This document shows, one piece after another, positions 1 to 9,650 of a stretch of DNA of 64,000 nucleotides. The stretch is from NCBI GenBank assembly GCA_013336275.1, contig JAAXUA010000003.1, positions 130,698 to 194,697 on the forward strand. The letters are read 5' to 3'. The notes beneath the pieces were generated by a model, which saw only the letters and a program-made list of their open reading frames with translations, had not been told where the DNA came from and did not search any database. Position 1 is the stretch's first letter. Each line of letters starts with the position of its first letter. The translations under genes and the position numbers were made by a program. Source of the DNA: Candidatus Falkowbacteria bacterium (lineage in GTDB: Bacteria; Patescibacteriota; Patescibacteriia; Patescibacteriales; GWE2-39-37).

Positions 1-1005
1 GACTGAGCTTGATAGCAGCATAATTCCGACGTTGAGCGGGGTCATGTCTAGGGCTGACTGCAAAAATATCGGCAAGATAAAAAAGACACCCATCTGGCTC
101 AAGGAAAGCAAAAGGAGCACCGTCAAACCGAAGGAAAAGGCCTTGTTTTTGAAGATTGAGAGCTGAAGAAGGGGGCTTCCGCCGTTAGCTTCGGCTCGTT
201 TTTCAATATAGATGAATAAAGAGATGAAATAAGCCGCTGCCATGAGCGCGAAGGGTATTATGGAGACGGTTTGTAACGGCCACTGCCAACCTGCGAAGGA
301 GAGGTCGGTCTTGGGTGCCCACCAACCCAGCTTTTGCCCCTCGATTAGGGCAAAGACTAAAGAAAACATGCCCAGAGACGAGGTTGCGGTGCCGGGCCAG
401 TCGAATTTCTTGCTAGCATCACCTTTTGTTTCCTTGATAAAAACCGACCCTAAAAGTACAAGAATGCCGATAAACACATTGATGCGCAAGGACCAGCGCC
501 AAGAGTGAAAGGTCGTAAGATACCCGCCAAGCAGCGGACCGAGAGCTGAGGCCCCGCCAGCTACCGCGCCCCAGATTCCAAAAGCGACGGCACGTTCTTT
601 GCCGGAAAATTCATTTACCAATAAAGAAAGGGATGAGGTGATCATCATCGAAGCTCCGATTGCTTCAATGATGGCCTCTCCTAAAAAAAGATATAAAACA
701 TTTGTGGCTTCGGAGGCGATAAAAGAACCGGCGGCAAAGAGCGTTACTCCGAGCAGGAATATGCGCTTGCGGCCATACATATCTCCGAGACGGCCGCTCG
801 TAATCAGCAGCGCGGAGATTATCAGAGCGTAGCCGGAAAGGACCCACTCGAGCGCGCTTAAGGAAGTGTTAAGATCTCGGATGATATACGGCAGGGAAAC
901 GTTCAGAACGGTTCCATCAATGATTACGATTGCTAAGCCTAACGCAAGAATAAAAAGCGCAAACCAACGATAGCGATGAAGCTGTTTGTCTGAAAAAAAA
1001 CTCAT
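1..1005 (-). CDS. MFS drug-efflux transporter, DHA2 (EmrB/QacA-like); 3' end runs off the window
   Basis: Not in the ORF track because its stop lies outside the window. Hand translation from the ATG at 1005 gives MSFFSDKQLHRYRWFALFILALGLAIVIIDGTVLNVSLP...GRLGDMYGRKR (MFS motif A)...LGPLLGG...WRW. The ATG overlaps the stop of the upstream SdpI-like gene (ATGA). Confidence 0.9.
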   Translation of the reverse strand, partial: MSFFSDKQLHRYRWFALFILALGLAIVIIDGTVLNVSLPYIIRDLNTSLSALEWVLSGYALIISALLITSGRLGDMYGRKRIFLLGVTLFAAGSFIASEATNVLYLFLGEAIIEAIGASMMITSSLSLLVNEFSGKERAVAFGIWGAVAGGASALGPLLGGYLTTFHSWRWSLRINVFIGILVLLGSVFIKETKGDASKKFDWPGTATSSLGMFSLVFALIEGQKLGWWAPKTDLSFAGWQWPLQTVSIIPFALMAAAYFISLFIYIEKRAEANGGSPLLQLSIFKNKAFSFGLTVLLLLSLSQMGVFFILPIFLQSALDMTPLNVGIMLLSSSV

Positions 1006-1685
1006 TTGCGATTAATTGCTTTTTTGTTTTTTTCTTCCTTGGAAAAGATGATGTATGAGTAGATTGTTGGAAACAGGGAAACTGATAAGACAACTAGCAA
1101 TAATAGTGGTATTTTCCAAGCGGCTGGAAAGAAAATTTCCAAAACCATAATCAACCCGCCCAGAACGAATAGCTTGCCGGACAAGCGATTCGTTTTATTC
1201 CAGACCGTTTCGCTGGAGAGGGTCCATGGAGTCCGTGCCCCCATGAACCAATTAAGCTTAAGTTTGCTCATGTAATTGCCGATTAGGATGAAAAGCAGGC
1301 CAACCATTGCTGGGACGATGTCGCCTATAGGCAAGTCATAGCCAAGACCGTTCAAGCTGATGAGTTGGTAGAGTAAGGCCATGAAGCCGATAATCGAATT
1401 TTTCAAAATGTGATAAGTGCGTCCGAATTCCTGATAGCGCTCTTTTTTGGGATCAAGCCGTGGTGCAAGCAGTAGTAGTAGGTAGATTATCAAGATAAGT
1501 GCCGGTAGAAAAAAGGAAGCAAAAAGAGGCGAGCTCCAGCCGTCGACCTGTCCGGAAATGTTCCAGTGGCTAGGAACCCGATCAGGGAAGCTCGGATAGT
1601 AAAAAAATCCGGAAATGGCAGTGATGGCCAACATGGCGATCGGTAGCCACTCGGTCCGAAGATTGGTGTTTTTTGGTTCGGACAT
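1002..1685 (-). CDS. SdpI-family membrane immunity protein (DUF1648 + SdpI)
   Basis: PDRVPSHWNISGQVDGW N-terminal motif; GNYM..K.NWFMGARTPWTLSSETVWNKTNR SdpI motif; about 6 TM segments. Confidence 0.9.
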   Translation of the reverse strand: MSEPKNTNLRTEWLPIAMLAITAISGFFYYPSFPDRVPSHWNISGQVDGWSSPLFASFFLPALILIIYLLLLLAPRLDPKKERYQEFGRTYHILKNSIIGFMALLYQLISLNGLGYDLPIGDIVPAMVGLLFILIGNYMSKLKLNWFMGARTPWTLSSETVWNKTNRLSGKLFVLGGLIMVLEIFFPAAWKIPLLLLVVLSVSLFPTIYSYIIFSKEEKNKKAINRK

Positions 1686-1689
1686 AGGT

Positions 1690-1956
1690 TTAGCGGTTAA
1701 TTTTGAAAAATGAAATGATTATCTCGGTTAACTCCTCAAAGGCGCTTAAGTTTAGGGAGTAGATTATTTCCTGGCCTTGACGTCTAGAACTGACCAACCC
1801 CGCCTGCTTTAGTGCGTTCAAGTGGTGAGACAAGGAGGGCGCAGTTATGGAAAAATTCTTGCCTAAATCGCCAGCAGAAAAATCCTGCTTCTTGAGCAAC
1901 TCTAGTATTTCTCTTCTTGTCGGATCGGCTAACGCGGAAAAGGTTTGACTAAGCAT
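1690..1956 (-). CDS. ArsR/SmtB-family repressor, SdpR-like
   Basis: FSALADPTRREIL...SLSHHL..LK.AGLV...RQGQ.IIYSL; directly upstream of the SdpI-like gene. Confidence 0.9.
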   Translation of the reverse strand: MLSQTFSALADPTRREILELLKKQDFSAGDLGKNFSITAPSLSHHLNALKQAGLVSSRRQGQEIIYSLNLSAFEELTEIIISFFKINR

Positions 1957-1964
1957 AGTTTGAC

Positions 1965-1984
1965 ATTTAGATAACTATCTAAAT
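1965..1984. promoter_or_regulatory. Putative operator of the SdpR-like repressor (9-2-9 inverted repeat)
   Basis: Perfect inverted repeat ATTTAGATA-AC-TATCTAAAT. It adjoins the -10 region of a minus-strand TTGACA promoter and lies just upstream of the repressor start codon. Confidence 0.7.
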
Positions 1985-2095
1985 ATTAGCAGACTGGGCA
2001 GAGGTGTCAAGGTGCCATGTTGACAAATACTGATAAAGATGTTATAAATAATAAATATTTCTTACAAATTACACGCCAGCACAAGGAGGCTGTCC

Positions 2096-2365
2096 ATGAA
2101 CCTTTTAGGGATTATCAGGCTAGCAGGCAAGTTTTTTGAAGAGCTCCTTCAACCCCAGGCCGTGATTCGGCCCAAGTCGGATTGGCAGGAAAAGCTGTGC
2201 ATAAACGTTGGCAACGGCGCCACCTGCCAAACCGAAGCTACTTTTGAGGCATTTTTCCAAAGAGGCAGACTGAAAGCGGCGGTTCGCTGCTGTGCTAGTC
2301 CGGAGTGCCAGGCAGAATCGAAAAAGATCGCCAAAAGCGCGGTTTCAGAAAAAACCCAGTCCTAG
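2096..2365 (+). CDS. Hypothetical small Cys-containing protein
   Basis: Own TTGACA/TATAAA promoter (~2020-2048), strong SD AAGGAGG, and a terminator overlapping the stop. Confidence 0.6.
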   Translation: MNLLGIIRLAGKFFEELLQPQAVIRPKSDWQEKLCINVGNGATCQTEATFEAFFQRGRLKAAVRCCASPECQAESKKIAKSAVSEKTQS

Positions 2366-2380
2366 GACTGGGTTTCTTTT
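2352..2380. terminator. Bidirectional intrinsic terminator
   Basis: Palindrome AAACCCAGTCCTAGGACTGGGTTT with A/T tails between convergent genes. Confidence 0.7.
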
Positions 2381-2783
2381 ATTTGATGCCGTGTTCTTGA
2401 AAGTGTTTGACGTATAGTTTGTCGACTTCACTTAAGTGATGGACAAGCCAATCTTCAAGGAAGTCGATCAGCTCGAAGGAGATTTCCATCTCGTTGTGGC
2501 TGACTCTCCGCTTGATGCTTTCGAGCTTGTCCTTGAATTTTCGGTGTTCTGCGATGTGGCTGTCAGTCTTTGGATAATTGGTCTTTCGAAAAAGGCTTTC
2601 CTCGGTTGAAAAATGCTTGATAATATAATTTTCAAGCTTTTTGAAAATTTCCATCAGCTTCACTTCGGTTTTTCTGGAGCCTATGGCATCATAAAGCTCA
2701 TCGATCGCTTTAACGAATTGTCGGTGCTGCTCATCGATTTCATGGAAACCGAGCGCATATTTGCTTTCCCATTGGATTGGCAT
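2379..2783 (-). CDS. Bacteriohemerythrin (di-iron O2-binding)
   Basis: W...Y.LG..EIDEQH...HFSTEE...YP....H..EH...WL..H...D motif set. Confidence 0.92.
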   Translation of the reverse strand: MPIQWESKYALGFHEIDEQHRQFVKAIDELYDAIGSRKTEVKLMEIFKKLENYIIKHFSTEESLFRKTNYPKTDSHIAEHRKFKDKLESIKRRVSHNEMEISFELIDFLEDWLVHHLSEVDKLYVKHFQEHGIK

Positions 2784-2875
2784 AATTTGAGGTTATTGAT
2801 ATGACATCATGATAACCTACCGGTGATTCAAGGGCAAGTTTTGCAAATTGTCCTTGTCATCGCTACAATTAAGTA

Positions 2876-5440
2876 ATGAACAATCAATCAATTGCCGCCC
2901 TAGATTTTAAACACATAAAAAGCCTTTCTGACGCGACTGCGGCTTCGCGCTTGGCTCGTGAAGGCTACAACATCTTGTCGTCAGAAAAGCAGCGCGGCTT
3001 GCTTCGTGTTATCATGGAAGTCATAACCGAACCGATGTTTTTCCTGTTGATGGCCAGCAGTGCGATTTACTTCTGGCTTGGGGACACGCACGAAGCATTG
3101 GTCCTTTTGTCTTCCGTGGTTCTGGTGATATTCATTACCATCTATCAGGAGAACAAGACGGAAAAAGCTCTTCAGTCGTTAAAAGACCTGTCCAGCCCGC
3201 GTGCGCTGGTCATCAGGGGTGGCAAGGCCAAGCGAATTGCCGGCCAAGAAGTCGTCCGCGGCGATGTCGTGGTTCTGAGCGAAGGGGATCGAGTTCCTGC
3301 CGACGCCTTGATCGAATGGTCGAATAACCTGGTTGTCAACGAGTCGATACTGACCGGTGAGTCGATGCCCGTAGAAAAAGTCGCCGACAATGCTATCAGC
3401 ACAATCCAGACTCCGGGTACTGAAAAATCTGCGAGCGTCTATGCCAGCACCCTGGTTGTCAGCGGATCGGGTGTCGCGCGCGTAGTTAAGACGGCAAATC
3501 AGACGGAGGTCGGTAAAATCGGGACTTCTTTGGCCAAGGTTGAGCCGGAAAAAACCAGGCTCCAGCTGGAGATTAACAAACTCATCAGATTCTTCGCCAT
3601 ATACGGCTTTATCTTGTGTTTTAGCGTGGCGATCATATACGGGCTTAAGCGAGCCGATTGGCTGGGCGGAACCTTGGCTGGAATATCATTGGCGATGTCA
3701 GTGCTGCCTGAGGAATTTCCTGTGATCTTGACGGTGTTCATGGCGCTGGGGGCATGGCGTCTTTCAAAGATAAATGTCCTGACCAGCCGACAAAAGGTCA
3801 TCCAGGCTTTGGGCGGCATCACCGTGCTATGCGTAGACAAGACGGGCACTCTAACCAAGAATAGAATGGACCTGGAAGCTGTCGACGACGGGAATCAATG
3901 TGTCGACGTCGCTGTTGCCGGCTTATCCGGTTCATATCTTCGACTGGTCGAGTTGGCCATGCTGGCAAGTCAGCAGAAGCCCTTCGACCCGCTCGAAAAA
4001 TCAATTATCAAGCTTTACCAGAAACATAAGGCCAAGGACCATGATTCTGACGGCGGTGACTGGAAGCTGGTGCATGAGTATCCTCTTTCACATGAGCAAC
4101 TGTCTATCACTCACGTTTGGCAACAGCCTGAACAAGAAGATTATTTGGTGGCGGCCAAGGGGGCACCAGAGGCGATTATCGGCTTGTGCCATCTTGATGA
4201 GAAACAGTCTGAACTCTGGATGAAGAGGGTGCACGAGTTGGCATCGAAGGGTTTAAGGGTGCTTGCTGTTGCCTCGGCGAGCCATGAAGATGGCCAGCTG
4301 CCCCACAGTCAGCATGATTTTGAGTTCAAAATTTCAGGATTGCTCGGCTTTGCGGATCCGATCAGGGCGGAGGTTCCGGCGGCGATAGCTAGCTGTCATC
4401 AAGCCGGTGTCCGAGTAGTAATGATTACGGGAGACTATCCAGAGACTGCGGTCAAGATTGCTCAAAAGATCGGTTTAGGTAAAAACCCCCAAGTCGTGAC
4501 CGGCCAAGAGCTTTCGGCCATGACGCCTTCTGAGCTTAAGGAGCGTGTCGGCCAAACCGTTGTTTTTGCCAGGATTGCTCCAGAACAGAAGCTGCGGATA
4601 GTCAACGCTTTCAAAGATAATGGAGATATCGTTGGTATGACTGGGGACGGTGTCAATGATGCCCCGGCGCTTAAGTCGGCCAATGTCGGGATTGCCATGG
4701 GGCTTCGAGGTACCGATGTCGCACGCGAGGCGGCCGGGTTGGTGCTGCTCGATGATGACTTTGCTTCGATCGTCAAAGGCATCAATGCTGGGCGCCGGAT
4801 ATATGACAACATCCGCAAGGCGGTGGTCTATGTTTTGGCGATACACTTCCCGATTGCCGGCATCACTTTTTTGGCAGTGCTGGCAGATTGGCCGCTGATG
4901 CTTTTGCCCGTGCACCTGGCCTTTTTAGAATTAATAATCGATCCGGCGTGCTCGATCGCATTCGAGAACGAGCCAGCTGAAGAAAACGCCATGTTGAGGC
5001 CGCCGCGCCATCCGGACAAAAAAACCCTGACCAAGCGCTTGATCAGGATTGCGGTGTTCCAAGGCATTTCGATGCTGCTATTTTTGGTTCTGGTCTTCAA
5101 GTTGGCGGGCTATACTGGAAAAACAGTCGATCAAACGAGAGCAATGGTTTTTACGGCGCTCATCTTTGCCAACATCAGCCTGATACTCGCTAATCGTTCT
5201 TGGTCCAGATCGATCATCTCCAGCTTCAGGGTTAAAAATCAGGCAGCTTGGCTGGTATTAGGAGGCAGCTTGATTGTCTTGGCTATTACTATTTTCGTAC
5301 CGCAAGTGAGCAAGCTGTTCCACTTCGGTTTGCCAGGCTGGTTCGACTTGCTGTTGGCGGCAGTTCTTGGCGGCAGTAGCGTGTTGTGGTTCGAATTCCT
5401 TGAAAAGAAACCAGCGCAAAAATCCGGAATTGGAATATAA
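2876..5440 (+). CDS. Cation-transporting P-type ATPase (P2, Ca2+-type)
   Basis: TGES, PEEF(P), DKTGTLT phosphorylation site, KGAPE, MITGD and TGDGVNDAPALK. Confidence 0.95.
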   Translation: MNNQSIAALDFKHIKSLSDATAASRLAREGYNILSSEKQRGLLRVIMEVITEPMFFLLMASSAIYFWLGDTHEALVLLSSVVLVIFITIYQENKTEKALQSLKDLSSPRALVIRGGKAKRIAGQEVVRGDVVVLSEGDRVPADALIEWSNNLVVNESILTGESMPVEKVADNAISTIQTPGTEKSASVYASTLVVSGSGVARVVKTANQTEVGKIGTSLAKVEPEKTRLQLEINKLIRFFAIYGFILCFSVAIIYGLKRADWLGGTLAGISLAMSVLPEEFPVILTVFMALGAWRLSKINVLTSRQKVIQALGGITVLCVDKTGTLTKNRMDLEAVDDGNQCVDVAVAGLSGSYLRLVELAMLASQQKPFDPLEKSIIKLYQKHKAKDHDSDGGDWKLVHEYPLSHEQLSITHVWQQPEQEDYLVAAKGAPEAIIGLCHLDEKQSELWMKRVHELASKGLRVLAVASASHEDGQLPHSQHDFEFKISGLLGFADPIRAEVPAAIASCHQAGVRVVMITGDYPETAVKIAQKIGLGKNPQVVTGQELSAMTPSELKERVGQTVVFARIAPEQKLRIVNAFKDNGDIVGMTGDGVNDAPALKSANVGIAMGLRGTDVAREAAGLVLLDDDFASIVKGINAGRRIYDNIRKAVVYVLAIHFPIAGITFLAVLADWPLMLLPVHLAFLELIIDPACSIAFENEPAEENAMLRPPRHPDKKTLTKRLIRIAVFQGISMLLFLVLVFKLAGYTGKTVDQTRAMVFTALIFANISLILANRSWSRSIISSFRVKNQAAWLVLGGSLIVLAITIFVPQVSKLFHFGLPGWFDLLLAAVLGGSSVLWFEFLEKKPAQKSGIGI

Positions 5441-5495
5441 AAATTACGCCAGGCTTTTTGGGCCTGGCGCGAAGAAGTTTTGGAGGATGAGGTGA

Positions 5496-5696
5496 TTAAG
5501 AAAATGAAAAGTGGTGGCCGTTGGGGCAGATCCGAAGATCGAGGAAGCTGCCGCACTTTTCGCAGCGGTTGCCGAAAACTCCCGGCACTTTTTTGGTCGC
5601 GAAGGGCGAACGGATCACTTCATCGCGATAGGTTCCATACGGCGGTTCGGGGGGCATCTTGAAGGCGCCGCCACGTTCTTGGCAAAGCTGACTCAT
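5496..5696 (-). CDS. Small hypothetical protein with a C-terminal zinc-ribbon-like motif
   Basis: Strong SD (AAGGAGG) 7 nt upstream of the ATG; RCEKCG...ICPNGH. Confidence 0.55.
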   Translation of the reverse strand: MSQLCQERGGAFKMPPEPPYGTYRDEVIRSPFATKKVPGVFGNRCEKCGSFLDLRICPNGHHFSFS

Positions 5697-5948
5697 GATA
5701 AATCCTCCTTGGGTGGGGGTTGGAATGGGCTAGGTTTAGTATATTAATAGCATATTTACTGGATTTTGTCAATACCATATTGTTTTATACACTTGGCTAA
5801 TTCGGGAAAATAATACTGGTCCATGCGGACTTTTAAAACCAAAAACCCGTCGAGGATGTCGACGGGTTGTTTTTATGACAGGGGCTTGAAATAATTATCA
5901 TTCATGGGTAGTGTTAGTATAAATCGATCATTTTCAAAAGGAGGCGGT

Positions 5949-6404
5949 ATGTTATTCAGGGGCGATATCGAGGCATTTCAGGCGACGATGCGGTGTGTCG
6001 GCTGCTATCTCGAACATGAAGGAGAAATTCTTCTTTTACAGAAACAGGGAGAACATCTTTACTACCCAGGCAAATGGGGCGTTGTGGCAGGAAAGGTCGA
6101 TCCCAAAGAAGAACCTTCGGTAGCGATTGTCAGAGAGATCCAAGAAGAAATCGGTTATGAAATTACGCCAGATGTGTTGGGTAAGCCCAGCGAGATTCCA
6201 GTTATCCATCCGCATTTCCACTTCCTCTACTTCCTGTTTCATCTGAGCATTATCGGCGAACGGCCGCAAATCAGGCTAAGCTCTGAACATTGCCATTTTC
6301 AATGGCTTGCTCCCGAGCTCGCGGTCAGTCTAGACCTGATTGAAGATGAGGCGGAGGTTATTGCAATGCATTATGCCTTAGAAACCATCAAAGCCCGTAG
6401 TTAG
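5949..6404 (+). CDS. NUDIX hydrolase
   Basis: Nudix box AGKVDPKEEPSVAIVREIQEEIG. Start placed at the ATG after SD AAAAGGAGG. Confidence 0.88.
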   Translation: MLFRGDIEAFQATMRCVGCYLEHEGEILLLQKQGEHLYYPGKWGVVAGKVDPKEEPSVAIVREIQEEIGYEITPDVLGKPSEIPVIHPHFHFLYFLFHLSIIGERPQIRLSSEHCHFQWLAPELAVSLDLIEDEAEVIAMHYALETIKARS

Positions 6405-6452
6405 GGCTTTGTTTTTTTGAAAAAGTTTTTGGCCCTCAGCGAGTGGTACTGG

Positions 6453-7199
6453 CTAAGCTTCGATTTTGGTAAAAAGGTAGGCACCGACAGCCAGGACAAG
6501 CGCGGTCAACACGGAGAGTACGGCCAAATCTGTTGCTAAATGGAAGTGTGATACGTTGACCAAGGTGATTCTCAGGGCGTCGATGCCATATGTCAGGGGA
6601 TTGAAGATGGAGATGGTGCGGAGGAAGCTGGGAGCCGAATCGAGCGGGAATAAAGCGCCTGACAGGAAAAAGAGCGGCATGACCAGGAAATTCATTATGA
6701 GTTGGAAGCCCTGGAAATCGTCAAGCATCGCCGCGATGGCGGTGCCGAGGCCGGTAAACAGCAAGGCGATAATGAACATAACCAAGATCGCTGCCGGCAG
6801 CATGGCCAAAGAAAACGGGCGGAACCCGACCAGGAGCGAAAGGGTTAAGACGATCAAACCCTGGATGGTAGCAATCGTCGCTCCGCCCAGTGTCCGGCCG
6901 AGCATTATTTGCAGGCGCGGTACAGGCGCGACTAGCGTCTCTTTAAGGAAGCCGAATTGGCGATCCCAGATCAGTTCAATTCCAGAAAAGATGGCAGTAA
7001 AAAGCACGGCTTGCCCGACTACGCCCGGGGCAATGAAGTCCATGTAGTTGCCTCCACCGGCTTTGGCAAAAATCGGACCGAAGCCGAAACCGAAGGCGAC
7101 TAGAAAAAGCAGCGGTTGGCCGATGGAGCCGATAATGCGTGATTTGGAGCGGATGTAACGTTTCAGCTGCCTCAACCAGAGTATGTAGATAGTGTTCAT
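6453..7199 (-). CDS. ABC-2 type exporter permease (DrrB-like)
   Basis: About 6 TM segments; DRQFGFLKETLVAPV, PLFFLSGALFP and NPLTYGIDALR motifs. Confidence 0.92.
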   Translation of the reverse strand: MNTIYILWLRQLKRYIRSKSRIIGSIGQPLLFLVAFGFGFGPIFAKAGGGNYMDFIAPGVVGQAVLFTAIFSGIELIWDRQFGFLKETLVAPVPRLQIMLGRTLGGATIATIQGLIVLTLSLLVGFRPFSLAMLPAAILVMFIIALLFTGLGTAIAAMLDDFQGFQLIMNFLVMPLFFLSGALFPLDSAPSFLRTISIFNPLTYGIDALRITLVNVSHFHLATDLAVLSVLTALVLAVGAYLFTKIEA

Positions 7200-7203
7200 A
7201 TGT

Positions 7204-8016
7204 TTAGCGTTTGTTGCCGCGGTGCATGCGGGCGAAACCCCTTAAATTATCGGCGCTACTGGCCTGCTCTTCTCTGATGGCGCGTCCGGTAAGATTGAGA
7301 AACGCGTCTTCCAGAGAATCAGTTCCGGTTTTTTCCATCAGCTCTTTGGCAGTACCGCTGGCGATAATTTGTCCCTTGTCGATGATGGCTATGCGCTGAG
7401 CTACGCGTTCGGCCTCTTCCATATAATGCGTAGTGAAAAATACGGTGACGCCTTCTTCACGATTGAGTTTTTTGACGTATTCCCACATCTGGTTGCGGGT
7501 TTGCGGGTCGAGGCCGAGCGTCGGTTCGTCCAGGAAGAAAATTTTGGGATGGTGCAGCAGTCCGCGCGCTATTTCCAGGCGCCGCTTCATGCCGCCTGAA
7601 AATGTTTTAACCAATGAGTCGCGCCGATCCCATAGCTCGGTTATTTCTAGGAGTTCTTTGATTCTTTCTCGGCGCAAAGGCGCAGGCAGTTTGTAGAGTA
7701 TGCCATGGAAGTCCATATTTTCGTATGTAGTCAGCTCTTCATCAAGGCTCGGATCCTGGAAGACGATACCGAAAGATTGTCGGGCTTGGTATTGCTGCTT
7801 GACCGGGTTGAAGCCGTTGAGCATCACTTCGCCGCTTGTCGGATTAAGCAACGTAGTCAGCATCTTGATAGTTGTTGATTTGCCAGCACCGTTCGGGCCG
7901 AGAAAAGCGAAAATTTCGCCGGGCTTTACTTCGAAAGATATATCGTTTACCGCCGTGAAATCACCGAATTTCTTGATTAGATTTTTGACCGAAATGGCCG
8001 ATGTTTGTGTATCCAT
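7204..8016 (-). CDS. ABC exporter ATP-binding subunit (DrrA-like)
   Basis: GPNGAGKST, FSGGMKRRLEIA, LDEPT and TTHYMEEA. Confidence 0.95.
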   Translation of the reverse strand: MDTQTSAISVKNLIKKFGDFTAVNDISFEVKPGEIFAFLGPNGAGKSTTIKMLTTLLNPTSGEVMLNGFNPVKQQYQARQSFGIVFQDPSLDEELTTYENMDFHGILYKLPAPLRRERIKELLEITELWDRRDSLVKTFSGGMKRRLEIARGLLHHPKIFFLDEPTLGLDPQTRNQMWEYVKKLNREEGVTVFFTTHYMEEAERVAQRIAIIDKGQIIASGTAKELMEKTGTDSLEDAFLNLTGRAIREEQASSADNLRGFARMHRGNKR

Positions 8017-8068
8017 TTTTTCATATTAACAGCCGTTTTGGCATTCCGCAACAGCTGGCGGGTTCGTA

Positions 8069-8098
8069 CCAAAAAACAGGGCTAACCCTGTTTTTTGG
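8069..8098. terminator. Intrinsic terminator
   Basis: CCAAAAAACAGGG-CTAA-CCCTGTTTTTTGG hairpin. Confidence 0.65.
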
Positions 8099-8120
8099 TG
8101 AATAAAGCAAGGAACAAATT

Positions 8121-8612
8121 TTAAATTGTGATTTTTTTTCTTTCAGTGTCTGGCTCCTGTTCGCCCTCGTCTTCTCCTTCGGACAAACTCATGAATTGAT
8201 TGAGCTTATCAAGGTATGGGACCATCTGCCTGGCAATCTCTTCTTCCGTCTCTTTATCCCCGGACTCTTTGACTGATTGCAGTTTCCGGTTCATTACGTC
8301 CACTACGGTTAAATTCAGGGAAAAGGATTCGAACAGCTTGAGGGCTATCTGGATTTGCTGCTTGTCTTCTTCACTTGTTTCCTCGTCAGACAGAAAATCA
8401 TTAAGTTCGAGCGTCTTGCCTGTTAAGCCTTCTTGGAGTTCGTTGATCTGTTTTGCCAGCGCTTGCCCTTCCTCTGGATTACTGAACGCTTCGTGCGTTC
8501 TTTTGCCGGCAAGCAATGCAAGGGCGCCGAGCCCGGCAACTAAAAAGCCGCGGCGGCTGATTTTGGGAGTTTCGCCATTGAAGGGTTGGTACATTTTTTC
8601 TTTGAAAGCCAT
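8121..8612 (-). CDS. Hypothetical acidic helical protein with twin-arginine-like N-terminus
   Basis: SRRGFLVAGLGALALLAG; lies 15 bp downstream of the lexA-like gene. Confidence 0.65.
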   Translation of the reverse strand: MAFKEKMYQPFNGETPKISRRGFLVAGLGALALLAGKRTHEAFSNPEEGQALAKQINELQEGLTGKTLELNDFLSDEETSEEDKQQIQIALKLFESFSLNLTVVDVMNRKLQSVKESGDKETEEEIARQMVPYLDKLNQFMSLSEGEDEGEQEPDTERKKITI

Positions 8613-8627
8613 ATTGGATTGAGATTA

Positions 8628-9278
8628 TTAAACGAAATTGGGACGCTTGATGACTTGGACGATCTGGCCGTTAACCAAGTACTTGTCGGCGTCTGAGCCG
8701 TGGATATAGATCGGCTGGATCGGCAAAGTGGATTCGGAGACCAGGGCGATCTGCTTGCGCGAGGTGTCGTGATAGAATCTTTTGATATTGGCGACATCGT
8801 CGATTACGGACAGGACGTAGTCGCCGTTATGCGGCGCTTTTTTGTGGCTATCGATTATGACATAGTCGCCGTTTTCGATAGGGCCGCCTGGGGCGGCAGT
8901 GGCTTTATTCATGGAGTCGCCGACGGCTTTGATAATGAAAAGCCCCTCAGGCTTTTTGCGCCCCGTAACGGCTGGCGATATCTTTAGGTACCCCTCGATA
9001 TTCTCCTCGGCGTAGATGTCGGCCGGACCGCAGTTGGCGGAGCCCATAATCGGTAAATTGAACAGCGGGGCAGTTTTGGACTTGACCGAAGCGGTGGCGG
9101 TTATGCTGTGGTTATTCGCATCTTTTTGCAAGAAGCCCTTTTTTTCGAGCTGCTCTAAATGATGTTTGACCTTTTGCGGGTGCGACTCTCCGACCAGCTG
9201 GCCGAGCTTTCGTAAGCCGACGGAGCTGATGTCTAATTGCTTGGTCAGTTGCAGTATTTTTTGTTGGATGATGTGCAT
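8628..9278 (-). CDS. lexA: LexA-like repressor (winged HTH + S24 autopeptidase)
   Basis: N-terminal HTH (VKHHLEQLEKKG); cleavage loop GSANCG; catalytic Ser in VGDSM and Lys in IKRF; divergent from the dinB-like gene. Confidence 0.8.
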   Translation of the reverse strand: MHIIQQKILQLTKQLDISSVGLRKLGQLVGESHPQKVKHHLEQLEKKGFLQKDANNHSITATASVKSKTAPLFNLPIMGSANCGPADIYAEENIEGYLKISPAVTGRKKPEGLFIIKAVGDSMNKATAAPGGPIENGDYVIIDSHKKAPHNGDYVLSVIDDVANIKRFYHDTSRKQIALVSESTLPIQPIYIHGSDADKYLVNGQIVQVIKRPNFV

Positions 9279-9344
9279 AAGTTTTTTGTGTTTCTGAAAT
9301 CATTGTAGCAGGTTAGCCAAAATAGTCAAGAGTGTTCAAGAAAC

Positions 9345-9373
9345 TTGACACTACGTCAAAACCGCAGTAAACT
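9345..9373 (+). promoter_or_regulatory. Sigma70 promoter of the hyp-dinB operon with an overlapping palindrome (candidate SOS box)
   Basis: TTGACA-17 nt-TAAACT. The palindrome TTGAC-ACTAC-GTCAA (9345-9359) covers the -35 element. Confidence 0.6.
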
Positions 9374-9401
9374 AAGGGTACTTAATCATTAAAGCACACC
9401 T

Positions 9402-9650
9402 ATGCTTGAGCAAGTGCATGAACCGATCGAGGTCTTGGTCAAGTTTTACAAGGCCCAGGTATTCCCCTCGTTCTTTAAGTGGCGTGAAAAGACCTATAAG
9501 GTCGAAAAGGTGAATTTGGTGCATCGTCTGAAAGAGGGCGAAAACAACATTTACTATTTCAGCGTCAGCGATAATGCTAATTTTTTCCGACTGGCCTTCT
9601 TCACGAAAGACCTGTCCTGGAAAATCGAAGAGCTTTACCATGAAGCATAG
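9402..9650 (+). CDS. Small hypothetical protein translationally coupled to DinB (probable accessory factor)
   Basis: 82 aa, beta-rich (P..FKWREKTYKV...W.IE); overlaps the start of the dinB-like gene. Confidence 0.75.
   Translation: MLEQVHEPIEVLVKFYKAQVFPSFFKWREKTYKVEKVNLVHRLKEGENNIYYFSVSDNANFFRLAFFTKDLSWKIEELYHEA

Noticed and set aside
242..847. Short ORFs at the window start
   Set aside because: They are shadows of the minus-strand MFS gene. The same applies to the many antisense ORFs overlapping larger genes throughout the window.
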